In this document: piece by piece, positions 8,548-17,301 of the stretch
How positions within the stretch are numbered: position 1 is the stretch's first letter
Layout of the letters: each line of letters starts with the position of its first letter
From: a phage
Length of the DNA: 27,851 nt
Reading direction: 5' to 3' (one strand)
Sequence record: PZ583740.1
Notes under the pieces: generated by a model
Databases searched by the model: none
The model's input: only the letters and a program-made list of their open reading frames with translations
Told to the model about the DNA's origin: nothing
Position numbers and translations under genes: made by a program

Positions 8548-9825
8548 ATTTATTTCAGTCAGAACTTTAGGAAGTTTCACACCAAGCAGTACAGACATAT
8601 CTGAACGTCCTGCCATCAAATCCATATTTGTTGCATCAATAATACGAGCTTGTTTATCATCAGCAGTCACTGTATAAGGGTTAGCTGCTAACGCATAACG
8701 AACCATTAATGCAATAGACGGCTGCAAACTTTCTGGGTCAACGACAACTTTGAACGAACCAACATGTTCAGGGTCTTCCAGGTCAAGACCTTCGGTATAA
8801 GGTGCATAAAACAGTGAACCCACCATCTCTTTCCCACCGAAATCTTCTTTAACACCAACAGTCACATAATCAAATGGAGTGTTCGTATCGCAATAAAGCG
8901 GTAGACCATTATCCAAGAAACCATACGCATTATCGGAGAGATATTTCTCATCTTGTGGACGATGCTTCAACCAACCAGAACCAGCCAAAACTGCAGCTAC
9001 ACGCGTAGAAGCAACAACGTATGTTGCGGTGTAAGAAGTTGCCCGCTGAATATGGGAGACCATCTCACACATGATTTCGTACAACTTGCGTGAAGCTTCC
9101 GGAGAGTTGGTATAAGACAGGTCAATCAGGCCATCATCACAGAGTCCAGCAACTTTATAACGCTTGGAAACTGTTACCAGGGATTGCAGGATATCTTTGT
9201 TAATTTCATCAGCCATTTCGGTAGCTAACAGGTCTTCCAGGAAGTTTGGAGCGTCAAAACCATTTGCTTCCAGGTCCTGGGCCAGTTCCACTGTAACAGT
9301 GCTTTTCAGCTTACGAGATTTAACCGGAGCATTCCATTTGTTAACCAAAAATTTAGCTTCGGCAATTTCGACTTCCTGTGGTCCTTCAAAACGTTCGGTG
9401 ATTGCAGCTTCGGACATAATACGGATGGTCAATTTAACCATCGCTTCTTGAAGCTGGTCATACTCATCGCCCGTTGCTCCAGCAAATGGAGTTGCTACCA
9501 GCGCTTTATAAACTACATTTTCAAACTGGAACAAATCGTCTTTAGCATAAACTGCGCCAGCAACAAAAACCGGAATGGTCGCACGGTCTTTTGCTGATAC
9601 TGCACCAGAATAGGTTGCACCAGTCTGGAAAGATAATTCATCTTTCTGAGTCAGGTATTTAAGACCGTATAATGCCGCCAGTGGCTGGGATGTGCGCTGT
9701 TGTGCTACTAAATCGGTGTAAATCAGTTTAGTTGTAGCTCTGGTTAAAGCTACTAGATTCGGTCGACCAATCGAAGAACTTGTGGTCGTGGTCGACTCTT
9801 TTAAGAGTTCGTTAATTTTAGCCAT
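8545..9825 (-). CDS. 24: Head vertex protein gp24
   Basis: 426 aa, MAKINELLKESTTTTSSSIGRPNLVALTRATTKLIYTDLVAQQRTSQPLAALYG...; gp23-paralog fold; matches T4 gp24. Confidence 0.85.
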   Translation of the reverse strand: MAKINELLKESTTTTSSSIGRPNLVALTRATTKLIYTDLVAQQRTSQPLAALYGLKYLTQKDELSFQTGATYSGAVSAKDRATIPVFVAGAVYAKDDLFQFENVVYKALVATPFAGATGDEYDQLQEAMVKLTIRIMSEAAITERFEGPQEVEIAEAKFLVNKWNAPVKSRKLKSTVTVELAQDLEANGFDAPNFLEDLLATEMADEINKDILQSLVTVSKRYKVAGLCDDGLIDLSYTNSPEASRKLYEIMCEMVSHIQRATSYTATYVVASTRVAAVLAGSGWLKHRPQDEKYLSDNAYGFLDNGLPLYCDTNTPFDYVTVGVKEDFGGKEMVGSLFYAPYTEGLDLEDPEHVGSFKVVVDPESLQPSIALMVRYALAANPYTVTADDKQARIIDATNMDLMAGRSDMSVLLGVKLPKVLTEIN

Positions 9826-9850
9826 TGCTATTTCCTTTTGTGATATACTT

Positions 9851-9858
9851 TATTTATA
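9851..9858 (-). promoter_or_regulatory. T4-type late promoter (TATAAATA on minus strand) for gene 24
   Basis: Reverse complement of 9851-9858 is TATAAATA, 25 nt upstream of the gp24 ATG. Confidence 0.55.
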
Positions 9859-9864
9859 AAAGTT

Positions 9865-9894
9865 GTTTACAACCAGATTAAGATAAGACATAAT
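9865..9894 (+). promoter_or_regulatory. T4-early-like promoter (GTTTAC, 18 nt spacer, CATAAT) for the plus-strand 93-aa ORF
   Basis: GTTTAC at 9865-9870 and CATAAT at 9889-9894; AT-rich upstream. Confidence 0.4.
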
Positions 9895-9935
9895 GATTCC
9901 ATACTGAGTTAACAAACAAAACCTGGAGTTTAAAA

Positions 9936-10217
9936 ATGAACAAAGCAACTTTCCTTCTGAACACCTTTAAAAATCTGGAAATTGAAGTTATTGCCTTGGT
10001 CAACAAATACCCAAATGGTGTTAATGGTAATGCTCTGAACAAACTAGTTAAAAAATATGAAAACTTAGCATATGACACTGATTTCTGGTGGAATGGTAAT
10101 TATTCTACTCACACTAAAGATAAAAATGGTAACTGGTTGAAACTTCAAGAAAACAATGTTAACTTCAGAGACCTTATCAAGCGCCGGGTAGAAGTTCATT
10201 TAAATGGTATGGTATGA
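9936..10217 (+). CDS. Hypothetical protein, opposite-strand gene between head genes 24 and 23
   Basis: 93 aa ORF with GGAG RBS 8 nt upstream of ATG, own promoter-like element and a downstream hairpin terminator; no recognisable motif. Confidence 0.5.
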   Translation: MNKATFLLNTFKNLEIEVIALVNKYPNGVNGNALNKLVKKYENLAYDTDFWWNGNYSTHTKDKNGNWLKLQENNVNFRDLIKRRVEVHLNGMV

Positions 10218-10224
10218 AAACAAG

Positions 10225-10252
10225 AAAGGGACCTCAAGGGTCCCTTTTTATT
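10225..10252. terminator. Bidirectional rho-independent terminator after gene 23 and after the 93-aa ORF
   Basis: Hairpin GGGACC-TCAAG-GGTCCC (10228-10244) followed by T-run on plus strand and T-rich tract on minus strand. Confidence 0.7.
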
Positions 10253-10267
10253 TAACTTAATCTAGGA

Positions 10268-11827
10268 TTAAATTCCTTTAACATATACGCGGCGGAAGTA
10301 ACCGTTCAAGCCAAGGCTGTTAACGATGTCCGGCATGCCGTTCTGAATGCGCTTGGTCGGAGCCTGAGCAGCAGGGTCAGCAAACGGGTTGATACCGATA
10401 CCGTAACGGGTTTTGAAGCCCATAACCGGCTGGAAGTTTTTCGGGTCAGAACCACGCAGCGGGGTCAGTGCAACATATGGTGCGTAGTAGATACCAGCAT
10501 CCATTTCGTTAGCGCCTTTGTAACCGATGGTGAAGTAATCTGCACGAGCATACTGGTCGATATAGACACGGTATTTGCCACCCAGAACACCAGCGAACAC
10601 AGCTTTAGTGGTGTCAACGTTGAAACCTTTACCCAGACCCTGAGCAGCATAACTAACAGAAGTATCAACAGCAGCCAGCACGTTAACTACGTTACGGGAA
10701 GCGATGATGAAGTTACCTGCACCACGACCGGTCTGACGAGCGATTTCAGCGGCTTCTTTATCAATCTGGAACAGTAAAGCTTTGAAGCTTTCACCAGCCC
10801 AACGAGCACCACGGATATCAATCGGGTCCTGGAAGTCAAACACACCAGCTTTAGCGCCAACGGTGTTGGTCATACCAGATTTACCAACCTGAGCGGAGTA
10901 GTTAATCCAATCGATAACTTCACGGTTGATTTCCAGCATAATTTCGGTAGCCAGAATACCACTCAATTCGGCATCAGCATCCATACCATGAACAGCGCGC
11001 AGGTCCTGTGCCAGTTCGATGGAGTAGCTTGCTTTCAGCTGACGGGATTTAGCTTCGATAACTTGTTTATCGATACGGAAGCCCATTTCGTTCCACGGGT
11101 TATCAGTAGAACCGTTAAAGCCTTCCTGCAATTCGGCGATAGAAGTAGCCATACCTTCAGCGATTTCTGCCAACTTACCAGCTTCGAGCAGTTTGGTAAC
11201 TTCAGCGTCAAGTTTAGCAGCATCAGTAGCACCAGCATCAACGGTTACAGCTTCAACAGCCTGGTAGTGTGCAGAACCGGTTGCTTCGAAGAAGTGAGAA
11301 TAAATTTTACCAACTTCCAGAACTTTGCTTGCAGCCAGTGCTTCAAAAGTCTGAGCAGCGCCCTGACCAGAGAACATAGCGTTCGGAGCATACATCGGAT
11401 GGAAAGCTTCTTTAGCACCAGCAGCGACAGGGTCTTTACCGTATACTGCACGCAGTGCAAATACCTGGCCAGTCGGGTTGTTCAGAGGCTGTACGCCACA
11501 AATATCAAACGCAATCAGATGCGGGATAGCACGACGAACCATACCCATAACTGCCGGCCCAATCTGAGTTACTGCACCAGAGGTCTGGCCAGCAGCGATA
11601 TTGGTAGCATCATAACCATGGTCACCACCGATTTCAGCTTCGGTCAGGAAAGAACCAAATGCTTCGGAGATTTTTTCGTCACGGTATTCAGGAGCGGTCA
11701 GAATATCTTGTTCCTGGTTTTCAAAGATTTTAGCGATGATAGCTTGTTTAGAAGCACCAACGATTTCAGGAAGAGCTTCGTTTTCCAGCAGAGCGGACCA
11801 TTTTTGAACTAATGCATTCTTTTTCAT
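10268..11827 (-). CDS. 23: Major capsid protein gp23
   Basis: 519 aa; near-identical stretches to T4 gp23 (AIIAKIFENQE, GAVTQIGPAVMGMVRRAIP, DPKNFQPVMGFKTRYGIGINPF, YFRRVYVKGI). Confidence 0.95.
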   Translation of the reverse strand: MKKNALVQKWSALLENEALPEIVGASKQAIIAKIFENQEQDILTAPEYRDEKISEAFGSFLTEAEIGGDHGYDATNIAAGQTSGAVTQIGPAVMGMVRRAIPHLIAFDICGVQPLNNPTGQVFALRAVYGKDPVAAGAKEAFHPMYAPNAMFSGQGAAQTFEALAASKVLEVGKIYSHFFEATGSAHYQAVEAVTVDAGATDAAKLDAEVTKLLEAGKLAEIAEGMATSIAELQEGFNGSTDNPWNEMGFRIDKQVIEAKSRQLKASYSIELAQDLRAVHGMDADAELSGILATEIMLEINREVIDWINYSAQVGKSGMTNTVGAKAGVFDFQDPIDIRGARWAGESFKALLFQIDKEAAEIARQTGRGAGNFIIASRNVVNVLAAVDTSVSYAAQGLGKGFNVDTTKAVFAGVLGGKYRVYIDQYARADYFTIGYKGANEMDAGIYYAPYVALTPLRGSDPKNFQPVMGFKTRYGIGINPFADPAAQAPTKRIQNGMPDIVNSLGLNGYFRRVYVKGI

Positions 11828-11848
11828 GTGTTGTATAACCTTATTAAA

Positions 11849-12667
11849 TTAAGAAATTCGTGATGCTGCGAGAGCAGACAAGTCCGCGAAGGACAGGGTA
11901 GGCTTGGCGCCTTTTTCTTCAACTGCTTCTGAAATGTAATTCAGTGCCGCAGCATCGTCTACATTTTTATTTATAGCGGCTTCGGTGATTGGTTTGTCGG
12001 TGGGTTCTACCTGACCTTTAACCATTTCAACGATAGCGCCAATTTTGGTACCGAATGCATCAGAGTATTCCATGCCTTCTACCAGAGAACCAACTTTTTC
12101 TTTCTGAGATTCAGTCAGGTCTTTAGTTGCTTCAGTCAACGCAACTTCACGTTGGACATAATTGATATAAGCATCACGCTTAGAAACTTCTTCGAACAGG
12201 TTAGCGGTTTCTTCTTTCTGTTCAGCCAGTTCTTCCTGCATTTCTGCAACAACATCGACAGATTCTTCCGGAACAACAACGTTGTGCTCAACGAACAGTT
12301 CTTTCATGCCGGTGAACATGGATTCGAACAGGTCAGCTTTAATGCCACGGTCGACAGCCAGTTTATTTTCAGCAAGCCATTCTTTAGCAACGTGGTCCAG
12401 GAATTTAGCTGCAGATTCTTTCAGTTTTTTCTCTGCTTTTTCGTCGGATTCTTCTTTATTCTTTTCGACTTCTTCTTCAGCTTTTTCAGCGATGGCGTGA
12501 ATGTGAGATTCTGCCAGTTTGATGGCGTGTTGCTTGACGGTAGCTTCGAATACAGTGCCGAAGGTAGCTTTCGCTTCCGGGGACAAATTAACTGATTCGA
12601 AAATACTATCGAGAGCAACGGAAGCATCGATATTCTGAGCTTCAGAAATGAGTTGTTCTTTAAGCAT
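11849..12667 (-). CDS. 22: Prohead core scaffold protein gp22
   Basis: 272 aa, highly acidic coiled-coil-like protein between genes 21 and 23, as in T4. Confidence 0.8.
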   Translation of the reverse strand: MLKEQLISEAQNIDASVALDSIFESVNLSPEAKATFGTVFEATVKQHAIKLAESHIHAIAEKAEEEVEKNKEESDEKAEKKLKESAAKFLDHVAKEWLAENKLAVDRGIKADLFESMFTGMKELFVEHNVVVPEESVDVVAEMQEELAEQKEETANLFEEVSKRDAYINYVQREVALTEATKDLTESQKEKVGSLVEGMEYSDAFGTKIGAIVEMVKGQVEPTDKPITEAAINKNVDDAAALNYISEAVEEKGAKPTLSFADLSALAASRIS

Positions 12668-12696
12668 TTTGTAGTCCTGTTGTTAAGATATACATT

Positions 12697-12704
12697 TATT
12701 TATA
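12697..12704 (-). promoter_or_regulatory. T4-type late promoter (TATAAATA on minus strand) for gene 22
   Basis: Reverse complement of 12697-12704 is TATAAATA, 29 nt upstream of the gp22 ATG; overlaps gp21 stop codon. Confidence 0.5.
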
Positions 12705-13338
12705 ACGTCTTTAAAGCCTCTGCGAGAGCCATAAAGGCGTCATCGGCACTGGTATCGGCAACAGCCGTTTGTGATTCTGTAATCTGCTTTGGTTTGACCC
12801 AAGCGTCCGGAGCACTTGGCCCCCATACTGCGTCTACTCCAACCGTCAATTTAAAACCTTCATTAACGATGTTATAACCTTTTGCTGATTTAGTCAGGGA
12901 ACCAAGTCCACGACTAGATACGCCAGGAATCCAACCTGCTCTTATATTCGCAGCAAGTTTATCACCTGGACCATGGTCGCCTTCTATAATACGTGCGCGG
13001 CCATATACATCATTCCCTTTCCACCACATTTCCTCGATAATAATTGCTGCCTGCATAGGGTCAACGTTTGCACGAGGTGGATGGTTTAATTCTCCAAGAG
13101 ACTGCTTGGTTTCAACCTGTTCGACGATATAGTCCGCAACAGCTTTTTCCAAAATATGTTTAGGATAAAGTCGTTTATTACGGTTAACAACTTCAGCTTG
13201 TAGGAAAATACCTTCAATATAAAGTCCTGGCTTTAAACCGCTGCTGGAACCATCATGAGATTCCAACATCGGTACACCATCTTTAATTTCGCCCGGTTGA
13301 CCCCAGTGTTCGATTAGTAACTCTGGTTTCTGTTCCAT
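12700..13338 (-). CDS. 21: Prohead protease gp21
   Basis: 212 aa, [21 protein letters not shown]...; same length as T4 gp21 and matching sequence. Confidence 0.85.
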   Translation of the reverse strand: MEQKPELLIEHWGQPGEIKDGVPMLESHDGSSSGLKPGLYIEGIFLQAEVVNRNKRLYPKHILEKAVADYIVEQVETKQSLGELNHPPRANVDPMQAAIIIEEMWWKGNDVYGRARIIEGDHGPGDKLAANIRAGWIPGVSSRGLGSLTKSAKGYNIVNEGFKLTVGVDAVWGPSAPDAWVKPKQITESQTAVADTSADDAFMALAEALKTL

Positions 13339-13766
13339 TAATCAAGTCCGAATGCTTTACGCTTAGCTCGAGCTTTTTTGCGCTTGCGCTCTGCTCTGAT
13401 TTGCGTAGATGGGTTTGCTCTTTTCGTTTTAGTAGCCAGACGGGCAATTTGACGACGTTTAGCTTTAGAAAGACCGGTTGTTTGGAAAGCATTACGCTTA
13501 CGAGTAGCTAGGTCTTTTGTGCGGGTTAACTCACCGCGAGACGATACATGTTTAACGATAAATTCGTTAAGCTGAACACCTTCATTCAGAGCGCCGATAA
13601 CCGTTGCTTTTTCGTATTCACCGGCTGCAAACATGTTTTCTACAATAATATTTATATCGTCTTTTTCTAAGGCTTCGGATAATGAATCAAATTGTCCCTG
13701 AGCTTCTTCGGAAACACTTTCAATGTTTTCAAGAGTTAATTCGTAATCATCAGGGATAATAAACAT
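13338..13766 (-). CDS. 68: Prohead core protein gp68
   Basis: 142 aa with basic C-terminal tail; position between 67 and 21 as in T4. Confidence 0.7.
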   Translation of the reverse strand: MFIIPDDYELTLENIESVSEEAQGQFDSLSEALEKDDINIIVENMFAAGEYEKATVIGALNEGVQLNEFIVKHVSSRGELTRTKDLATRKRNAFQTTGLSKAKRRQIARLATKTKRANPSTQIRAERKRKKARAKRKAFGLD

Positions 13767-13993
13767 TATTCATCGTCCTCATCGTCAGATTCTTTTTTGT
13801 CTTTCTTTTCTGCTTTGCCGTCGTCCTTGCCTTCATCTTCTTTAGGCTCTTCGCCTTCAATCATGATGGAACGTGCAATTTCAATCTTACGTTCTTCAAT
13901 CAAACTACCGCATACTGGGCCAATGTTTTCAGCAAAATATTTGCGAACGGCTACGAGGTCGTTTGATTTAATGGCTTCAAATAAATCATCCAT
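13766..13993 (-). CDS. 67: Prohead core protein gp67
   Basis: 75 aa with acidic C-terminus; position immediately downstream of gene 20 as in T4. Confidence 0.7.
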   Translation of the reverse strand: MDDLFEAIKSNDLVAVRKYFAENIGPVCGSLIEERKIEIARSIMIEGEEPKEDEGKDDGKAEKKDKKESDDEDDE

Positions 13994-15567
13994 TAGAAAT
14001 CCTCTTCTTCTTCTTCAGGGTTTTGGAAACGAGCCTCTTTGGACTCCAATTCAATTTGCTTAGCTTCTTGATTAATTTCTTCATCAGACATCTGGAGGAA
14101 ATCCTTCATAGCCGTTTGATGTGAAATATATTTACCGATAAACGGTTCAGCCATCGTTAGCATATTGATTCTGCGTTCCATGATTTCTGCATCTTTCATT
14201 TCGGTGAAATAGCTATCACGGTTGAACGTAACTTTAATATTATTTAGTTCCTTGTCCCATTCCTCTTCTGAAATAATTTTTTTCAGGATAAGGTTTGTTT
14301 TAAGCGGGTCGAGGAAAACTTCTTCAAATTTATTCTGTAGCTGTCGAATCCATTTAGAGAAATTCAATTCATCGCGAGTAATTGTCGCACCTGCATCAAA
14401 CATAACGCCGCTGTTCTGGTCGTTAGGGATACGAGATAATGGAATTCGGAGCGCCTGATATAGGTTGTTCTTAAACCAGCGAACATCGTCCATATCCGAC
14501 ATGCCTTGTGCACCCGGGAGTGTATCAACTTCAGTGACTGCTTTACCATCACGACGTTGCAACCAATAGTCTTCTGTCATTGACATGTTGTGCTGTTGGT
14601 TTTTGATTTTACCCGTAGTTGCATCATATACGACACGGTTTTTCATCGTGTTCATAATATGTTGCATGTGTGCTGCTGCTTTACGAGACGGCATATTCCC
14701 GGTATCGATATAAAAGACTCGGCGGTCTGGGGCACGAGTTATACGATAAATGACTAAAGCATCTTCTAATAGTTTTAATTGGTTTGCAGGTTTAATTGCT
14801 CGTTGCAAGTATCCGATGATATTCTTGCCACAACAATCGAGTAATCCAGAATGCGCATATACAATCGCCGCACGAGGAATTTTTATTTTAGTACCTGCTT
14901 CATATATACGACCATCGGCACAATAACTTTCATGGCCAGTATCGTATACAAAATATTCTCTGTAACCGTCGACAATTTTTGTACCGTTTTCCATGCGTGT
15001 AACGATTTCACGGATGAACTGGATTTGTCTTGGGTCAAGGCGACGAAGTTCTTGAACTCCATCTTTAAGTTTTGATGGGTTGATAATTTTGTGGAAGAAA
15101 ATTCGAGAATCCACATACCAACGTTTAAAGTGGTCAGAACCTTTGCGCTCGAAATTAAGGAGGTTATTGACTTCCGAGAATTCTTCGAGGATTCGGTCTT
15201 TAATTTTCTGACTAAATTCGGTAGCATCAAGGTTAAGAGCTACAACATCTTTACCGTCTTCAAAAACGATAGCATCAGACACAATTTCTTGCACTGCGTT
15301 ATCAACTTCATAATTATTTAGTAAGTTGCGGTAGGTGTCAATTAATTCCCTGGTATTTTTTACTTCAGGTTCATTGCTCCCGAACATCTGTTGCATCAAT
15401 GCATTATACGGGACGTTTTGTTCTTGTGACTCAATTTCACGAGCCCCATCATCAAACTTCGGCCCGGTCATTGACTCTAAATTATTTTTTTCTTGTTGCT
15501 TATATTCTTGTTCATCTTCTTTAGCCCAAGGCTTAAGAAAATTTAGTATTGTGTTAAAACCTGCCAT
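13993..15567 (-). CDS. 20: Portal vertex protein gp20
   Basis: 524 aa; long stretches matching T4 gp20 ([58 protein letters not shown]). Confidence 0.9.
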   Translation of the reverse strand: MAGFNTILNFLKPWAKEDEQEYKQQEKNNLESMTGPKFDDGAREIESQEQNVPYNALMQQMFGSNEPEVKNTRELIDTYRNLLNNYEVDNAVQEIVSDAIVFEDGKDVVALNLDATEFSQKIKDRILEEFSEVNNLLNFERKGSDHFKRWYVDSRIFFHKIINPSKLKDGVQELRRLDPRQIQFIREIVTRMENGTKIVDGYREYFVYDTGHESYCADGRIYEAGTKIKIPRAAIVYAHSGLLDCCGKNIIGYLQRAIKPANQLKLLEDALVIYRITRAPDRRVFYIDTGNMPSRKAAAHMQHIMNTMKNRVVYDATTGKIKNQQHNMSMTEDYWLQRRDGKAVTEVDTLPGAQGMSDMDDVRWFKNNLYQALRIPLSRIPNDQNSGVMFDAGATITRDELNFSKWIRQLQNKFEEVFLDPLKTNLILKKIISEEEWDKELNNIKVTFNRDSYFTEMKDAEIMERRINMLTMAEPFIGKYISHQTAMKDFLQMSDEEINQEAKQIELESKEARFQNPEEEEEDF

Positions 15568-15595
15568 TAGAGTCTCCGAAGTTTGTCTATTACTT

Positions 15596-15603
15596 TATTT
15601 ATA
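15596..15603 (-). promoter_or_regulatory. T4-type late promoter (TATAAATA on minus strand) for gene 20
   Basis: Reverse complement of 15596-15603 is TATAAATA, 28 nt upstream of the gp20 ATG; overlaps the stop of the upstream endonuclease gene. Confidence 0.5.
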
Positions 15604-16186
15604 TTGGAGTTCGGGTACAATTTTTATGATATCGAACAATCGCAGAGCGAGTGGACTCCGTACCACATACGGGACAAATTGCACGAGGTAAATTTAATGA
15701 TTTTCCTTTATTTGGATGTTCTTTACCAAACATAGGATTATTTTCACCGCTCATTGCTTTAGAATGGTCTGGTCGTTTTCTTCCTGATAATGCTTTGGAT
15801 TGTCTTGGACGTTTAACACCAGTATTGCTTTTATTTCTTTTATCGATAGATTCCTGTGTCCAAACCTTACCTTTCATCGACATACCAAAAAATCCATTTG
15901 GTTGAGCTAATGACATATTTATATAGTTTGGTGATTTAACCACATTGTATAATTTTTGTACTCGTAATTCTTCTTCAATAGCTTCTTCGTGCGTATTAAA
16001 TGTTTTTAAGATACGAGTTTTAAACAACTGAGGATTATCACGTAATTCATTTTTCCAAATGGTTTTATATTTTTTAGAACCAACGGAACCATGATAATTT
16101 TCAGTTATTCGTTGAATAGTTGTCGAGCCGATGTAACGACGGGGAAGGAGATTCCCCGTATATACTGTAAGATAAGTGCAATACAT
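15599..16186 (-). CDS. GIY-YIG homing endonuclease (Seg-like)
   Basis: 195 aa; N-terminal YLTVYTGNLLPRRYIGST (GIY...YIG), NUMOD3-like repeats (SGRKRPDHSKAMSGENNPMFGK), C-terminal CPVCG...HKNC zinc finger; GGAG RBS. Confidence 0.8.
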   Translation of the reverse strand: MYCTYLTVYTGNLLPRRYIGSTTIQRITENYHGSVGSKKYKTIWKNELRDNPQLFKTRILKTFNTHEEAIEEELRVQKLYNVVKSPNYINMSLAQPNGFFGMSMKGKVWTQESIDKRNKSNTGVKRPRQSKALSGRKRPDHSKAMSGENNPMFGKEHPNKGKSLNLPRAICPVCGTESTRSAIVRYHKNCTRTPI

Positions 16187-16232
16187 TCAAATTTCTCCAC
16201 TTCATTGTTTGAATGTATTTATTATGTCACAA

Positions 16233-16598
16233 TTATTCCCACCAGTCAATTGCGAACGTCGCTTCGAACGTCTCAATCTCATTATTGGAGTCCCAATCCA
16301 TCTGGACTTCCCCAACGTTGGTTGGCCACATGCCGGTAATAACAACTTCTTTCGTAACGGTCTTGCCATCACGATGGAACTGGCGGACAGTAGCGGTTTT
16401 CTTATAATCAGCAGGAGCTGCACCGGTGATTTCGTTAGTCATACCGTGACACAGATTTTGCCAATCAACAATTGCTTGACGAACTTTATGAGCATCGTCG
16501 TTATAAATCGTAATAGTCCAGTCATCAAATGTACGGTCACCCGCCACGTTGATTTTACGGTTCATGTAACCGACCGGAACTTTTTCTACAATGCCGAT
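16233..16598 (-). pseudogene. 19: Tail tube protein gp19, 5'-truncated fragment (about 42 N-terminal codons missing)
   Basis: In-frame region ...IGIVEKVPVGYMNRKINVAGDRTFDDWT...NEIETFEATFAIDWWE matches T4 gp19 residues ~43-163; an in-frame TAA at 16599-16601 and the gp11 stop at 16636 leave no room for the N-terminus. Confidence 0.6.
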
Positions 16599-16635
16599 TT
16601 ATCGCTAATGTGTTTTAGCGTGTTAGTCGTTGTCA

Positions 16636-17301
16636 TTACGATACTCGCTTATAATGGTAAAGTGAAATTGCGCCATTTGCTGTGCCACCTGATAATGTCT
16701 GGGTTGAAGTTCCAAGATATTCCCATGAACCATAACCACCGCGCGGTTGCTGTGTAATAGTCTGGCTAAGCGTACAACCATATTGAGTGAAAGGTACAAA
16801 ATTATGGTTTTGGTAGTCGTTATATGTAATATTTAATATAGACTGGTCCACACTATCAATTGCAGAGCTTGACACAATTAAACTATCAGCAACAGCCGTC
16901 AGCAAAGCATCGTTAACCTTGGAAGCAACTAATACAGCCGAATCCCCGACAATAACCTCAACTGGAATACCAAAAATGAAAAATAAAACAGTATCACCAA
17001 CCCCAGCACCAGAAATAGAACCGGTGAATTTAATTTTATCCGACTGGCTGATTGCTGCCGGAGAAAGGTTATTTGTATTAGTAATTACACTACCAACTGG
17101 AAGCTCGTATCGAAATGCGATATCATCTATTGCGCTCTGAACTGTTGGGTAAAAAATACCTTCGGTTGTCTGTGTTGCGGATGGGCCGCCGATTGCTCGT
17201 TGACCCATAACAGCCGTAATATTTTTTGATGTATTTTGAAATTCTAAGCAACTAGCAAGGCGGGAAATTACTCCAGCCTTTTTATTCGTTAATGTTTTCA
17301 T
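16636..17301 (-). CDS. 11: Baseplate wedge / short-tail-fibre attachment protein gp11
   Basis: 221 aa, M..NKKAGVISRLA...YHYKRVS matches T4 gp11 start and end; start overlaps gp10 stop. Confidence 0.8.
   Translation of the reverse strand: MKTLTNKKAGVISRLASCLEFQNTSKNITAVMGQRAIGGPSATQTTEGIFYPTVQSAIDDIAFRYELPVGSVITNTNNLSPAAISQSDKIKFTGSISGAGVGDTVLFFIFGIPVEVIVGDSAVLVASKVNDALLTAVADSLIVSSSAIDSVDQSILNITYNDYQNHNFVPFTQYGCTLSQTITQQPRGGYGSWEYLGTSTQTLSGGTANGAISLYHYKRVS

Noticed and set aside
10988-11812. 274-aa plus-strand ORF antisense to gene 23, and similar long antisense ORFs (12152..12595, 16176..16757, 9164..9451)
   Set aside because: They lie entirely inside strongly supported genes on the opposite strand, have low-complexity F/S/C-rich products and no RBS context.
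16566-16640. Possible intron or intein separating an upstream gp19 exon from the gp19 fragment
   Set aside because: Only 37 nt separate the gp11 stop from the gp19 frame and no N-terminal gp19 coding sequence is present upstream on the minus strand.
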